Assembly (NCBI GenBank): GCA_965112155.1 | Contig: OZ218098.1 | Length of the DNA: 64,000 nt | DNA from: Podarcis liolepis | Taxonomy: Eukaryota | Strand: one strand, 5' to 3' | Part shown: positions 39,466 through 52,618 of the stretch, in pieces | How positions within the stretch are numbered: position 1 is the first letter of the stretch | How the letters are laid out: each line of letters starts with the position of its first letter | The notes under the pieces: model-generated | Database searches by the model: none | What the model was told of the DNA's origin: nothing | Seen by the model: only the letters and a program-made list of their open reading frames with translations | Program-made: the position numbers and the translations under genes

Positions 39466-42400
39466 CTACAAGGAGGAGGAAAGCAGAAGATGAGGGTGCT
39501 GCCTCCATCCCCCATCTGTGATTGAAACTTCCCTGTGTGGAAGGACTTGCCTGTGACTTGCTCCTGAGTGCTTTGGGCAGGTCCACCTCAATTCCTGGGA
39601 CAAGGCCCTTCCTAATGGCTGCCACATCACCCTCTCCTTGCAAGTAACCAAGAACCAGCTGTTCTTCCACACAATGCCTTGAGATGTAATAGGATTTATT
39701 TTCTCCCACATCTACTGGAAAGGGCTCATAGTGCTTCCTGGGGTAGGGGTAGGAGGAGCTTCTGGTCCTGCTGGAAATGACTGGTAGGGAGGCTGAGGTT
39801 TGCCTCTCTGTGCTGTGATCAGGAAAACTAAGGGCTGCAGTGAGGTGTGAACAGTAAAAGTGTGAACAGCAGATGTGCATTATTAGACAGATAATCTGCA
39901 TATGTCCAGAAGCCACAGACAGCCATTCAATATTCTATGCTGCCTGTCCATAAAAGTTTAAGAATGCGTGTCTGCCATTCACTTGTTCCATATTGGCCAT
40001 ACTGGGGCACTGCCAGAGCCCTGTTACCTTGCAATTTTGAACAGATCACAATACCTTAGTTTTCTACAAAGCTCAACACCCTAGTACAGGGATGGTGCCA
40101 CAACAGAGCACAGCTTGTCCCAGGCTATTTGTACTTGGGAAGACTTTGGGAATAAATTGATGAGAGACTGGATGTATGCATTGGCTGGCATACTTAAGCA
40201 TGTTCACTTTCATTTAAAGATCACCCTGTTCTTCTGCTATGTCATGAGGAAGTCACTGCCTTTCCCCCGCATCAATTAGCAAAGCTCCCCAAGGACCACC
40301 TGACAACACTATTTGGACTAGGCAGAGAAACCTCCATGGGTTGAGGAGAACTTCCAGAGACACACGAAGAAAATGTTAAGAGACACAGAGCTCTGCTTTT
40401 GGATCCCAACTGAAACTGCCAAATGTAGAGCAAAAAGCAGAACTTGGACAAAGTTTCTCTACCCATCTTCCCTCCATTTATGTTATGCCATGGTGTTCTT
40501 GTCTCGCACTGGGCTTCCTGCATATAGAGGCATCAATGGGGACAGGAGTGGCCAACAGTGCTGGGAGTCCCACCGAACTGGTTCCCTGCTCCTCTCTCTA
40601 TGGGAATTCCATACAGATAGTCCGTATGAATGTGGGAAGCAAAGGGTGCAGAAGCCAGAGACACTTCTGTCCTATACAGATGGGTTTCTGAATGTGGGAA
40701 GCATGACTGACAGGGCTGGCTCTTAAGGCAGAAGTGTGTCACTGATGATCCAAAAGCAAAGGAAACAAAGCAGGAAAGCCTGGAGGAACAGAACTGGGAG
40801 CAAGTTGACTCCCATCAGTCTCTACCCCTAGGGAGCTGGATTCTTTGCAGTGTAATACATACAATCCCACCACCCTAGCCCTGTGCAGGAGGGCACTGGC
40901 ATTGACTCACTGGGGAGAGCACATCCCCATCAAATCGGCGCACAGGATTAGGCTTGCGGCGGTAGGCAGGCTCCGGTGGGTGGGCCTTGTGTTGCACATG
41001 GGGATGGGGGTGTGGCCGCCTCTTCTTCTTCTTCTCCTTGCGTTCTTCTCGTTGCTTGATCCGCATCAGCTGAACACGGCGCTGCTGCCGACTGATAATC
41101 ACTGTGGGGGGGGGAGGGAGGGAGGGAGGGGCAGGAGAGAGAAGAGAAGGGGGTGTGGTCAGAAGGGGTGGCCCAAGGTACCAAGCAGATGCCACTACTG
41201 GAATGCTTTGCTGTGGGATGAAGTGAAAGCCAAAAGCAGAGTTGGGATACCACCTCCCATAACCAGGTAAATTCATAATTGGCAGAGCCAACATGAAGTA
41301 TTAGGTGTGGTGAATGGGGAATGCACCTGTAGCCTCAAGGTGCAAAGTTCCAAACCATTTTTATTCCAGGAAGCTGCCACTGAGATAAATGAGGTGCCAG
41401 CACATATAGCAGCATTTGCTACCTAAGGGAACTAGCCTCCTTTCACTACAGCAGGAATCTCAAGGTGGCTGAGCATGATTCATGCTTTTCATACAAGGCA
41501 TCACCTGCTAACAGGCTTGTTGCAACTACTGCATATCTGTTTGGATGCAATATGTAGTTTAGCCCTCAGAGAAAAGGGGTACCCTCTGGATGTACCCTCT
41601 GTAACTCAGAATAAGAGTTCAAAGCATTAATTGGTTAATTTCTGCTAAATTCTTAACAACAGATAAAAAATAATCCTCAATTTAATTGTTAGGGGGCAGA
41701 CTTGTGTGTCTTCTCCCCTCTCCCTCAGCCAAATTTGTGGAAAAGGGAACTTCATCATGGCTCCCAGTTTATAACCACAGCTGGGACACAGCCTGTCTTC
41801 CTGGCTGAAATCACTAAGATTTTCCTTCTGGCAATAAGAACCACAGGGAAGTGAAGATGACAGTTCAAATTTTACGCCAATGTCCACCCCCCCTTCCTAC
41901 CCACCCTGCTGCACCGCACTCACCTTCCGTGTGGGAATATCCCTCTGCCGTGACTTTCCACTGCACCAGGACGCCCAACAGTGCCAGGACTGGCCAAGTG
42001 CCCAAGATGACCCAGCTGTACCAGCAGATGGGCCGGGCGGGAGCTACCTTGACGCGCTCGTAGACGTACTGCAGCAGCAGGAAGAGCTCGACAAAGTAGT
42101 CGGCGGTGGCGGTCATGACGGCACTGCCGAAGACAGCGGTGGAGAGCGTGGTGAAGAGGCGCTGCCACTGCAAGGTGAGCACCGCACACAGCATGCCCAC
42201 GCCGAGCAGCAAACCGATGGGGATCCAGACGGTAGGCGGGTGGTAGAACTGCTCCATCACCACCAGCGCAGCCACCGCCAGCAGCAGCCCCAGCAGCAGC
42301 CCGACCATGAAGAGCCCAACGCTGCGCACAAGCATGGTCACCAGCCCGCAGAGCACCCCGATGCCCAGCCCAATGCCCACGGAGGCCTCAACGCTCAGCT

Positions 42401-43635
42401 GGGTGTCCAGCACCCGCTCTTTGTAGCACAGCATGAAGATGATCACGGAGCCAAACATCAGTCCTGTCAGGAACATCACCGCCTTGAAGCATCGGTACCC
42501 TGAGGAAAGGAAGAAATGGATGCTAGTGGCTGTTGCTGCAGTCAGGAACACAGGACGGGTTGCCCATCTGTTTGGTTGAGCAGGACAGGCTATCCACATT
42601 CCTTTGAGCCACCTGCACTGAAAATCCTGGCCTCTGATTTAGGAGGCTCATGCAGAATACCTACGCAATGTCCTACACTTACACACAGAGAAAGATATTC
42701 TGTGCTTACCGGTATATCACAAAGGCTGGGAAGTCCTAATATCCAGGGCTTCAAAGAGCATGCTGCCTTACATGAGCATTCACCACACTCCCAACTGATC
42801 TGTGTAATGCATAAGTGGATGCACAGCAGTGTCTCAGGGAAAGCCAGTGCTAGCTTTTTCTCCTGGGACGCTGATGCGGTCAGCAAAGGAGCCCCGTTAT
42901 GCAGTCTGGAAAACTAATGCTAGTTCCTGTAAGTCACATGGACTGGCAAGGACCCATACAGGCTAAAGCACCCACTTGGGTGTCTTCTGTAGAATCAAAA
43001 GCATTAACACAGCTCTCTGCTGTTGGAACAGCTTGGAATTACATTAGGTTTACTTATTTATTTCCGTATCAAACTGTTAGCATATTGCATATCAAAATTA
43101 TAATGATTAACCCCCTCCCTTGTTTAGTGCATTAGGTGTTGAACAGGGAGGGCTAATAGAGCAAGCTAGCAGGAGGCTACAAAAACTGGGAACCTGCCTT
43201 TTCCATCTCCCTAGCAGCCTCATCCTAAACATGCATATTCAAAAATGCCCCCATAGTTTTGAGTGCAAGCTCAACGGATTATTGCTGAGCGTGAGTCCCA
43301 CTTCACGCCTGTTGCAGACATACTGTGACACAGGGCTGGCTTTGAGTGGAATGGGCTCCCTGGGCCTCATAAGGGCACTGAGTTCATTGATCTCCTTTGC
43401 CCCCATGCCTCAGCTCAAACTGTCCTCCGGGCACCTAGGACAGCACACAGACCCACCCAAACCCTTTCTCACCAAAGAAGCAGTAGATGATCCCAAAGAG
43501 GCAGCACATGGCGCAGACCACCGAGGGTACCACTTGGTAGCGCCGCTCAATCTCCTCCTCACAGCTGTATGTCCGGTCTTGGTTTGGCACGTGCGGCAGC
43601 AGCGGGAAACGCAGGGTCTGTACCGTTGACGTCAT
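39319..43635 (-). CDS. TMEM198: Transmembrane protein 198 (DUF4203-type multi-pass membrane protein), 4 coding exons, 358 aa
   Basis: Exons 43635-43473, 42499-41924, 41101-40911 and 39465-39319 join in frame (1077 nt). Motifs: [46 protein letters not shown]. Confidence 0.95.
40911..41101 (-). CDS. TMEM198: TMEM198 coding exon 3 (VIISRQQRR...GDVLSP)
   Basis: Acceptor cccccacag, donor CCA|gtgagt; 191 nt; basic cytoplasmic tail. Confidence 0.92.
41924..42499 (-). CDS. TMEM198: TMEM198 coding exon 2 (GYRCFKAV...GYSHTE), multiple TM helices
   Basis: Acceptor tttcctcag, donor AG|gtgagt; 576 nt; hydrophobic helices. Confidence 0.95.
43473..43635 (-). CDS. TMEM198: TMEM198 first coding exon (MTSTVQTL...IIYCFF); exon acceptor at 43689
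   Basis: gccATGA Kozak context; donor G|gtgaga; upstream acceptor cccccgcag at 43690-43691. Confidence 0.9.
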
Positions 43636-44879
43636 GGCTCTTCAGGGTCTCCTGGGGCAATGTCAGGCTCCCTACTCCCTCCCCATCACCTGCGGGGGAT
43701 GCTGTCTCATGGCATTGCTTCCATCTGTGGAGTGAGAGAGAGAGAGAGAGAGATTGAGGGTGGATGGGACAAAAAAGGTGAGACCTGAAGGCATAATGTA
43801 TTCCGCACTCTGCAGGGCTGTTCCACTCATTAAGAAACAACTCCCACTTTTCTGGAGGCTGCAATGAGGGTTTTAAAAAAAAGTGACGAGATTAGAGATG
43901 GGAGCACCCACTAACTCCCTGGGCCCCAAGCCAAGTCCAACTAGTCATTCCTGGCAAGGAAAAAGATGGTTTGAGTGTTGGCAATATATTATGCAAGGGG
44001 CAAAGCAGGCCAAGCATCCTAGCTGGGCCTCTAGGATTCCCGTTGATCTTTCTCCACCTCTGTCCCAGGAGTACCAATCTCACTGAGTCACCCCAGCCTC
44101 AGCCTGCCAGGGAGCTTAGCAGCATATTCCATGTCGGAATGGAATCAGAGCAATGCTGGGAGGAAGAGGAGGGCGCTGAGCAAGGGATGGGACAACAACA
44201 ACTTTCCAAAATGGAAAAGCGGGGCGGCGGGGAGCGGGGGGAATGTGGCTATAAAGAGAATCGCCACCGTATGGTCTCCACGGCAACCGAGCAAAGAACA
44301 GATGATACTTTTAGCAACGCACATGCTCCCCCACTTCCAACACTCACCCCCACCCCACCCCACCTTCTTCCTCAAAGAACCTGTGGGGTAGGAGAATGAG
44401 TCACCAAAGAGGGAGATGTAGCAGTTCGGGGAAAGCATCTGCCAGAGATTTGAGTTTCATTAACCCAGTGTGTGTGTGTGCGGGCTGGCTGGCTGAGAGC
44501 AGCTCTGAAGACAAAGGAGGACTGGTTAGTCGGCTGAAGCATCTTCCTTCTTCTTTACCTCTGATGTTCAGCCTTGGAAAGCAGCTGCAAATGCGGATTA
44601 GAGAGTCCCTGAGTGCTGTTGTAGGCTAGAGCACCGTCCGCACCCCAACCCCTCCCCATTTCCTCATTTCTGGTGGATTGCAGGCTGGAAGGCACAACAG
44701 AGAAAAGCCTTTTGTGTTAGTTCTCCCTTGCTCACACATGCTCAGATCTGTCCAGCACGAGCCGAGCCCTCCCCACTCCAGCAGCCCCCAAGTAAGAAAG
44801 GACAGGACACTCTAATGATGCAACTGGGGTTTGGGGGGAGTGTTTCTGAACCCACTTCCAGACAGGTGAGGTTTTTGGA

Positions 44880-44995
44880 AGCATTGTAGCTAATGTTTAG
44901 GGAAGTTTTTAATTTTTAATGCTGTATTGTTTTTAACACTCGATTGGGAGCTGCCCAGAGTGGCTGGGGAAACTCAGCCAGATGGGCGGGGTATA

Positions 44996-45040
<45 letters not shown>
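44880..45040 (+). mobile_element. L2-like LINE 3' end with expanded (AAT)n tail
   Basis: cccagagtggctggggaaactcagccagatgggcggggtataaat followed by about 15 AAT units. Confidence 0.75.
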
Positions 45041-46149
45041 CACCATCGTTATCATTATCATTATTATTGTCCCCTTTCACAGAAGAACCGTGTTTTCAGG
45101 GTACGAGCTCAGTGGCATGGGGATGGGTGAGGAGACTTTAAGAAAGCGTGGCTGGAGACATGTTGCCCACAAGCAGGTCAGGAGCCTGGGAAATCTCATC
45201 CCAACGTGCGCGCGTCCCCCTCCCCGCCGCCTCTGTCTGTCTGCATGTCTGTCTGTCTGCCTTTCCCCCCTCCCCGCTGACGCCAGCACCAATGGCCGCT
45301 AGTACTGAAAGCATGCTGCCTACGGATTGGTGCACTCTCTGTTGCTAAGGGAAACAAGTCATTTTCCCATTGGATGCTGAGAAATTACCAAACGCCGGCC
45401 TTCTCCTCGGCTATATCTTTTTCGCTTTGTTTCAGCAACTCGGCTTTTTCCTCACGAAGCCCCGCCCGCTCTTGGAATGTGGCTTTACTTCTCTCTCACG
45501 CCCCCCCCCCCGATTCTCTTCAGTTTTTATCCCACCTGCAACCCCCCTCCCCCCAAAAAAGTCGTGTGCCAATGGCCCTTATTCCAAATATGTGTCCTCC
45601 CTGCTGGCTCCCCAGACACTTGATAGCCCTCAAACATCCCCTGAAACCCCCACATTACAATTGGCAGAGATAAAAAGGGGCTATCTTGCACACACTATTA
45701 GTGCAACCACAGACACAACTTGTGTCACAGAAGGACAGAACAGCTCATCCTAGTGCCACTCGCTTCCCACTCCCAAGTGGCTCCTGGCTTGGCAGGAGAG
45801 TGACCCTTGTGACATGGAAAGGCCTGCTATCAAGTTTGGGAGCTACAGATCCAGAAAAAGCACTGCCTGAGGAGGACTGTGCTAACCCAGTTCTTATTCT
45901 TAGAAGGATCTAAGGTTTACTTTCATTCAAACAACAACAACATATAGAATATTTGATGTCAGCAAGTAAATCTTCTAGGTATGTGGGTTACACCGAGAAT
46001 GGCTGACACTAAGAACTTTGGACTTTCCCCCTCCACAGCTCAACACACAAAGAAAAAGCAACTTCAATTTCTGTTGTCACTTCAAGTCAAAGCTGCCCAC
46101 TGTATGGAGAACGTAGTCAGTCATTTGCCAATGGAAGCTTTACTGCGGT

Positions 46150-46448
46150 AGGCATGTAACCATTTGACAAGCTGGTCATCCATAACATCCTGCCATAGGC
46201 TTCAAAAGGTTATTAGACAGGTCCGTGGAGGATATCAGTAGCTTCTGACTTCATGTTGTGTCTCCAGTGTCGGAGACAATATGCCTTTGAATCCCAGTCA
46301 CTGGGAATCGCAAGTGGGGAAGGTACTATTGCACCCAGCTCCTGTTTGTGGACTTTCCATGGGCATCTGATCAGCCACTGTGAGAACAGGATGCTAGACC
46401 AGATGGGCCACTGACCTGATCCAGCAGGACTCTTCTTATGTTCTTATG
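46150..46448 (+). mobile_element. CR1-type LINE 3' end
   Basis: ggcttcaaaaggttattagacagg (GFKRLLDR) and a 3' UTR ending in (TTCTTATG)2. Confidence 0.7.
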
Positions 46449-49400
46449 CTATCAATGAAGACAATTCCCCCCACATCCATTCCCTGTCAGAAATCTAGGG
46501 AAGCAATGGGAATAATGGACCCTCCTCACCACCTGGTAGAAGATGACAGATGACTGTCAAGGTATATGTTACACGGCCATCTGTATTCCCCCTGTATCAT
46601 CACTATCTGGTTGATCATCGCCTCATGATCTGCACCTCAATGATTCATGTCACACAGTATTCAGACAAGCTGGATCAAGAGATGCAAAGTAAGTACTGTA
46701 TACCATTCACAGGGAAGTGATAATCAAAACTAACAGAAAGTTGCTTTCCCACTTGTCTCTGCAGAAAACAGAGGGCTGCCTGACAGCAGTAAAATGGGCA
46801 AAACTGAGGCAGGCTCTTAACAAATGCAGAGTTAATAGCCACACATTGGGATTTAAATTAGAGGTGTGCTGGGCTCATTCCCAACATCTTCAGAATACCA
46901 GGTGCCATGTAGGATTTTCCATCAAGTAACATCAGTGTGAAACTGACTGATCTGGAGTGGGGTTGATATACACCCACCCGCCATACAATCAGGAATGGTC
47001 CATGATAAACATTGTAACTGAGCCAGGTAATCCAGGCATCCTGGGTGGAGTAATACCCACAACTGCGGCCAATGTAGTTCCTCCTACAAGCTTCTGTAGT
47101 CTATGTCATTAAAAACAGCTTCGAAATATAATTGAAAATGTAAGACCATAAGACATATGGCGGATTAAACCAAAGCTCCATCTACAGTATCCCAGCATCC
47201 TGTGGCCAGACAATGACTCTTAGAAGCCCCAAAGCAGAACTGGAGGGCAACAGCCCTTTCCTGTTGTTTATTCCTAGCATTTAAGAATGTAAGAGCGGTC
47301 CTGCTGGATCAGACCATAGGCCCATCAAGTCCAGCATCTAGATGCCTCAGGGAAGCCTGCAAGCAATACCTGAGTACTGAACATGTAAGGTGGTTTGGGG
47401 AAAGTGGGAGCAAAATGCTTGGTCCGTGTATGTAGTTTATGCCAGGATATCTTGTTGAACACTTTGCTCCTGGATTGGAATTCTGGTCCACTCTAATGAG
47501 TGTTTACTTAGGAATCCCATTTAATTCAAGTAAGTGCACATGGGAAGGCAACTTTAAAATCAATAAAGTATTGCCCCCATGTGGGTCAAAGAGCAAAAAA
47601 TTGCTACTAAATGCAAAGTAGAATCATAGAACTGTAGAGCTAGAAAGGGATTCCTGAGAATCATCTAGTCCAATTCTAACCAACTTTTTGTTGGTATAGC
47701 AGTATGCAAGATGTTGAACTAGTCATATCTGTATAACATGTAAGCTTGCATAGTTGAAGCTTGGTGAACCTCAAAAGCCTCCACATTTCTACCATAACAA
47801 GATTCAATCAAAAGAAATCACTCACCTAGTTTATATCTCTGAAAATCACACAGATCCATGGAGTTGACACAAACAAACTGTCATGCTCTTGTTCCCAAAC
47901 AGCAACGTTTGACATCATGCCAGCAACTATCTGCCAAAATCATTCCAAACCTAAATGTGGAAAATCCAGCCCTTAACAGTTTATCTCTAGACAAGCTCCA
48001 ATTTGTTTTTCTCTGTGGCACAGTCTTTCCAGCTCTCTCCCCCCCACTCCGCACCAAATCCCTGCCAGTTATTCTAATCTCCCTCTTTCCACGTGGTCCT
48101 GTTGCCTAGGGAGGAAGAAAGGCCAATGCAGTTCACAGCTAGCTAATGCCTGCTATGGGCCCAGAGGTAGCTCTGATACAGACACAGATACCTGTTCTGT
48201 AAGGAGGGGCTCTCAATCTGTAAACCCTGCTAAGAAGTGTGTATCTGAACAAACAAGGTTCTGCCCAGGCTGGCACCAGGTACCACAGCCTGTGACCTTT
48301 CCTCTCCTCTGTGGGAGCAGGGAAACTCAAACCTTGATACTTTTCAGTGTTTAATATATTTGAGTGTTGCTCCCCACCCCCAAGGCAGCTAGAGGAGAAT
48401 CATGACCCTGCTATGGGTTCCAGGCCAACTGGCTCAACTGCAGTCCAGGAATTGGATGAATCCTCTTCCACAGCGATTGAGGACAAGACTGCCCACTTTC
48501 CCACAGGCTCTCTTCACGTGTGCCTACACAACCTTTTCGCCCTCAACTAGAGCAGGGAGACTGACCTTTTCATACGAATGTAATCTTAATTATTTCATAG
48601 GGAAGAGGAATAGGGAGGCAGAGGAACTTTATTTATACTATTTCCTGGAAACCTGATTGGAGTATGTCTGGGATAGTCCTGGAAACCAGGCCACTCCACA
48701 AAGGAGCTGTGCCCAATACTGTAATCCTAGGTTGTCTCAGCAAGGGAGGTGATAAGAGAAGGTTGTGACAATGTAGATTCTGCATGTGAAGTTTTAGGAA
48801 AGAAAGACTGGTCTATACCAACAGAAGACACTATGAGGAGGGCATGTTGTGGACTCTTACTTAGTAGGAGTGGGGTAAGGATAGTTGTGGAAGGACTAGG
48901 GAGACACTGCCTCACCTTTTGCTGCAGGATGCAGAAACATGAATAACCAAGCTGTTCCTATTTTAGGGGAAAATGCCAAGGCACAATGTTATGCCAGGAA
49001 CTTTTCTTCTGGGCTAGGGTTAGGCACACCTACTCTGATAGGATCTGTGTGCAATATGGAAGGGAATCCTTGGCACCTTATCCTCTTCCTGCCACTGGGA
49101 TTACTGTGACAGCTTGCTGAAAAGCTCCTAATGAGAGAATCCTATTAACCTGGGAGTAACCCAGGGGAGTGGCAGTACTTTGAGGCGTATCTGCAAGACA
49201 GGGCCCTGTCCTGCAGGTACTCCTAGTTGCACTAACTGCACTATAAGGAAACACTGTGCAGAGTTTTCACAGAGGTGGCAATAAGGTATTTATATTATGT
49301 TCTAGGAAGGATTTTTTTAAAAAAAAACATTTAGTAACACTTGTATCGGAAAGCACCCAAATCAACCACACTTGGTACAAAAGTCAGCTGCAAGCATCAC

Positions 49401-50689
49401 ACACATATAAACACACACTACCCAGAGCCTGTGGCCTGCACCTAAGAATTTTTTACTCCAGAGAAGGACTAGCTCAGGATCTTCCTGTCTATGCTTCCTC
49501 TCAGTGGCCGACTGGAGGGCCCTAGCATAGGATAGCTGTTTTGTGCCTGTAGCTAGTGTGTCTGAAGGCTATCAAGCATGGGGCAGGTTCAAAGGAGAAA
49601 TTCACTTTACTGGGGCATAGCCAGGTTGCAAGAACCAGATGCTTTCCTGTTCCATGCAAATCTCACATGACCATACCATAGCCTCTCTTCACATTGCCTG
49701 GCTCCATGCAGTGCCAGCCCTCTACTGCAATCTGGCTGACAGACTCTATCCCATTCCATAGCAAGACACGCTGACCTTTTCTATTCCCAAGCACAAAGCT
49801 TGCCCATCCAACCTTGGACTTGCAGGTGCTTCTGGAAAGGGTTCCTTATTTTGTTTTGCAAGTATTGAGTATGATGAAAACACCCAATCCCTATGTTGAC
49901 TGCTATCAATTCAAATGGAAAGCAGGACTGGAAAATGTGGTGCTGCAGTCATTGCTCTAAATTAGCCACACTCATACCCCTCTCTAGGAAGCACAACTTT
50001 TCTGAAGTAGTTCCTGTGTTGGCATTATGGTGGCTGGTGTAGATTAGCTCCACCATCTTGCATTCCATCTCTCTCCTCTGCCTGCCTGCCATATACCTGG
50101 CTTTGTTCATCCATTTACACCTCAGCCTGCTCCATCTACTTATCAGCTTGTTCCTGCCACTAGTACAAGCTGGACCAGGTTTCATTCTTGTTTGGGACTG
50201 GCAGATCCCATAAGGGAAGCTGCAGAGTTGCTAGGATACAGAGCTGCAAAGACTTCTGGGGAGCCCGCCAGACTCCCTTTGTTTGGAAAGAGGGGATCCT
50301 GGGCTGGTGGACCCATACATGCCTACAGATAGCTATCTTGACTTAGGATACAATGGTTCTCTTTTTGAAGCGGGAGGCATTGTTTGCATCCAGCCAATCG
50401 AGGATTTTGCTTTTGTTTCTTTTAAACTCAGCCTTTGTTGACATAGGTTTATGCTAATTAAAAACTAGAAATAGAAGGCTGGGCTTTTATTGTTCTCCCT
50501 GCGGGGAATCACATCTAAGCAACACAAGCCAGAAGAAGTAGGGGCTTCAGGCAGACACACTTTTTGGAACTACCCTTCCAGCGGGGTGAGGGAAGGCTGA
50601 TAATCCCTGAGCCTGGCTAAAGTGTGATGTGTGGCTCACCGCAGCCCTGGACGAGCGAAGCCTGTTGGGTATGTGTGGGGGACAGTCTG

Positions 50690-51960
50690 GAATAGCACCC
50701 GTCCGCTACCCGCTTCATGCGCATCTCTCCCCTCGCTCGCCGGCCTTCAGGGCTGCTTTAGCTTGGCTGCGCGGGTGACGGGCGTCCACGTGAACTCAAC
50801 CCCGCTGCCTCTCCAACTTCTTCCCACTGCCTGCTGCCCCCGGGCAGGAGAGACAGCGAGGCACGGCCATCCATGGCTTTCCTCTCGCTGGCATTTACCC
50901 AGCGCTCCCGGGGCGCCCAGCTCGCTCTTTGTGCGCTTCCCAGTCATTCAGCGCCGCCTTTTTTTCTTTCCTTCTCCAACAATCCCGTTCATTTAATGCT
51001 CCGCGATCGAGCCCTCCTTCCCATTTCCCAGCCCAGCGGCGGTGGCGGCGACCGTCTCTCTCTCCCTCTTCCCTCCGTCTCCCTTTCTCCTCCGGCAAGG
51101 GGCGCTGCAAAGGAGGAGCAGCAGACCCAGCCAGCAACCCTCTCCCTCTCCTCTTCCACGCGGCGGTTCCCCCCCTACCTGCGCGGCCCGGCCTCGAACC
51201 CGGCCCGCCAGAGCCCGCCCGGCTCGGCCCGGTGCTGAGGGACAGCTCCGCGTGACGTCAGCGCCCAGGTCCTCTCCCTCGGCCGCCCCCCCTCCTCCGC
51301 CGCTCCTCGCGCGCACGGCGGCCGAGAAAGGCTGCCTGGAGCGGATGCAGCCAGGCGAGCGCCACGGACACAACAAATAGGCTGCTGCTGCTGCTGCTGC
51401 CGCCGCCGCTGCTTCTTCCTTCCGTTCCCCTTCCAGCTCCTCCCTCGCCGTCCGCCCCCAACCCTCCTCATCCCCCGCGCCGCTTGGGGCCTGGAGCGCG
51501 CGGCGGTGGTAGTGGGGGCTCCGCACAGGCGAGCGTGTGTCACACAGGCACGCACACCCGCAGAGCCTCCCCCACGGGATCCTATCCGCTCAAGGAGCAC
51601 TTGTTAGGCATTCATCCCCCCCCTTCCAGTGCGTTGCGTCGGCGGGCCCTTGGCGCTTCCCTATTGTCATGGCACTGCATCAATCGCCGCCTTGGTGGAT
51701 CTCTCTACCCCTCCCCCGCTCCCCGCCTCGCGCTCCGATTTTGGCTTCCTCCCCGCCCCCCGCGCTCCGCACTACCTGCGATCCTTACTATGTTGTGCAC
51801 CACCACTGTGCAATCCCGCTTGCCGGACAGCCTACGCTGGTTCCTTCGCCATATGGCACCTTGTGAGACTGTCCACTTCTGCCCCGCCCCCAACTGCATT
51901 GCTCCAGCGGCTTCGACGGTCTACCTCTGGCTGGATTGCAACTATTGTTTGCATCGCTCC
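50690..51960 (-). promoter_or_regulatory. CpG island; probable TMEM198 promoter and non-coding exon 1
   Basis: Very high GC and CpG content. Perfect CRE TGACGTCA at 51253-51260. (GCA/GCG)n tract at 51381-51412. Candidate - strand donor CAG|GTAGGG with exon end at 51179. Confidence 0.6.
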
Positions 51961-52618
51961 CCGCTCCAGTGCAGTGCATTTCCCAGCCCTGCTGTAATGT
52001 AAAAACAAAAAAACACTCCATTTAGAGAAAAAAAATGTTTTGTTTTAGTTTTTTTGTCTAGGAAAAGCTTTCTACTAGCAGAGACACACCATGTAAACAA
52101 TGTTTTATGTGCTGAGACATCCCAGTCTCTGGGGTGAATGCAGCCCCACCACCTTGGAGTCTCTGCCTTGACGTGCCTCAGGACTGAGGCTCTCCTAAGG
52201 CCATGCCCCCTCATCAGCCCTGCTCTGTGCCCCCCTCCAGCATTATTGGTTTGAATGGGTAGCTGAACTCTGTCTGATAATGCCTCTTTGTATGTGGTTC
52301 TACACCCGCTTGCTTGTTTGGAAGAGGAAAAGATGGGGGTCAGGTTGTGTAGAAACATCTCACATTTGCTTTTTCTGGAATGTACCCTGCTGAAGAAAGG
52401 TAAGAATCACTTCCATTGCGCCATCCACTTTTGTCTGTGGGCCTACATTCCTACCACCATGTGTGATTCCTTGACTTGGCTGTTCTTTCTGTTATTTGTT
52501 AAATTTGTATCCTGGAATTTGTCCCAAAGGAGCCCAGGGCAGCAAACACTTCAGTAATAACAATACAATTGAATACATTTTAAAACGGTTAAAAACACAC
52601 AGAAAACAATAGAACACA

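Noticed and set aside
39466-41923. Intronic microRNA in TMEM198 (human MIR3132 lies in this gene, from recollection)
   Set aside because: I could not identify a convincing pre-miRNA hairpin by eye.
50631-52002. Many overlapping ORFs in the 51-kb island
   Set aside because: Stop-codon depletion in a CpG island; low-complexity Arg/Gly/Pro/Ala products.
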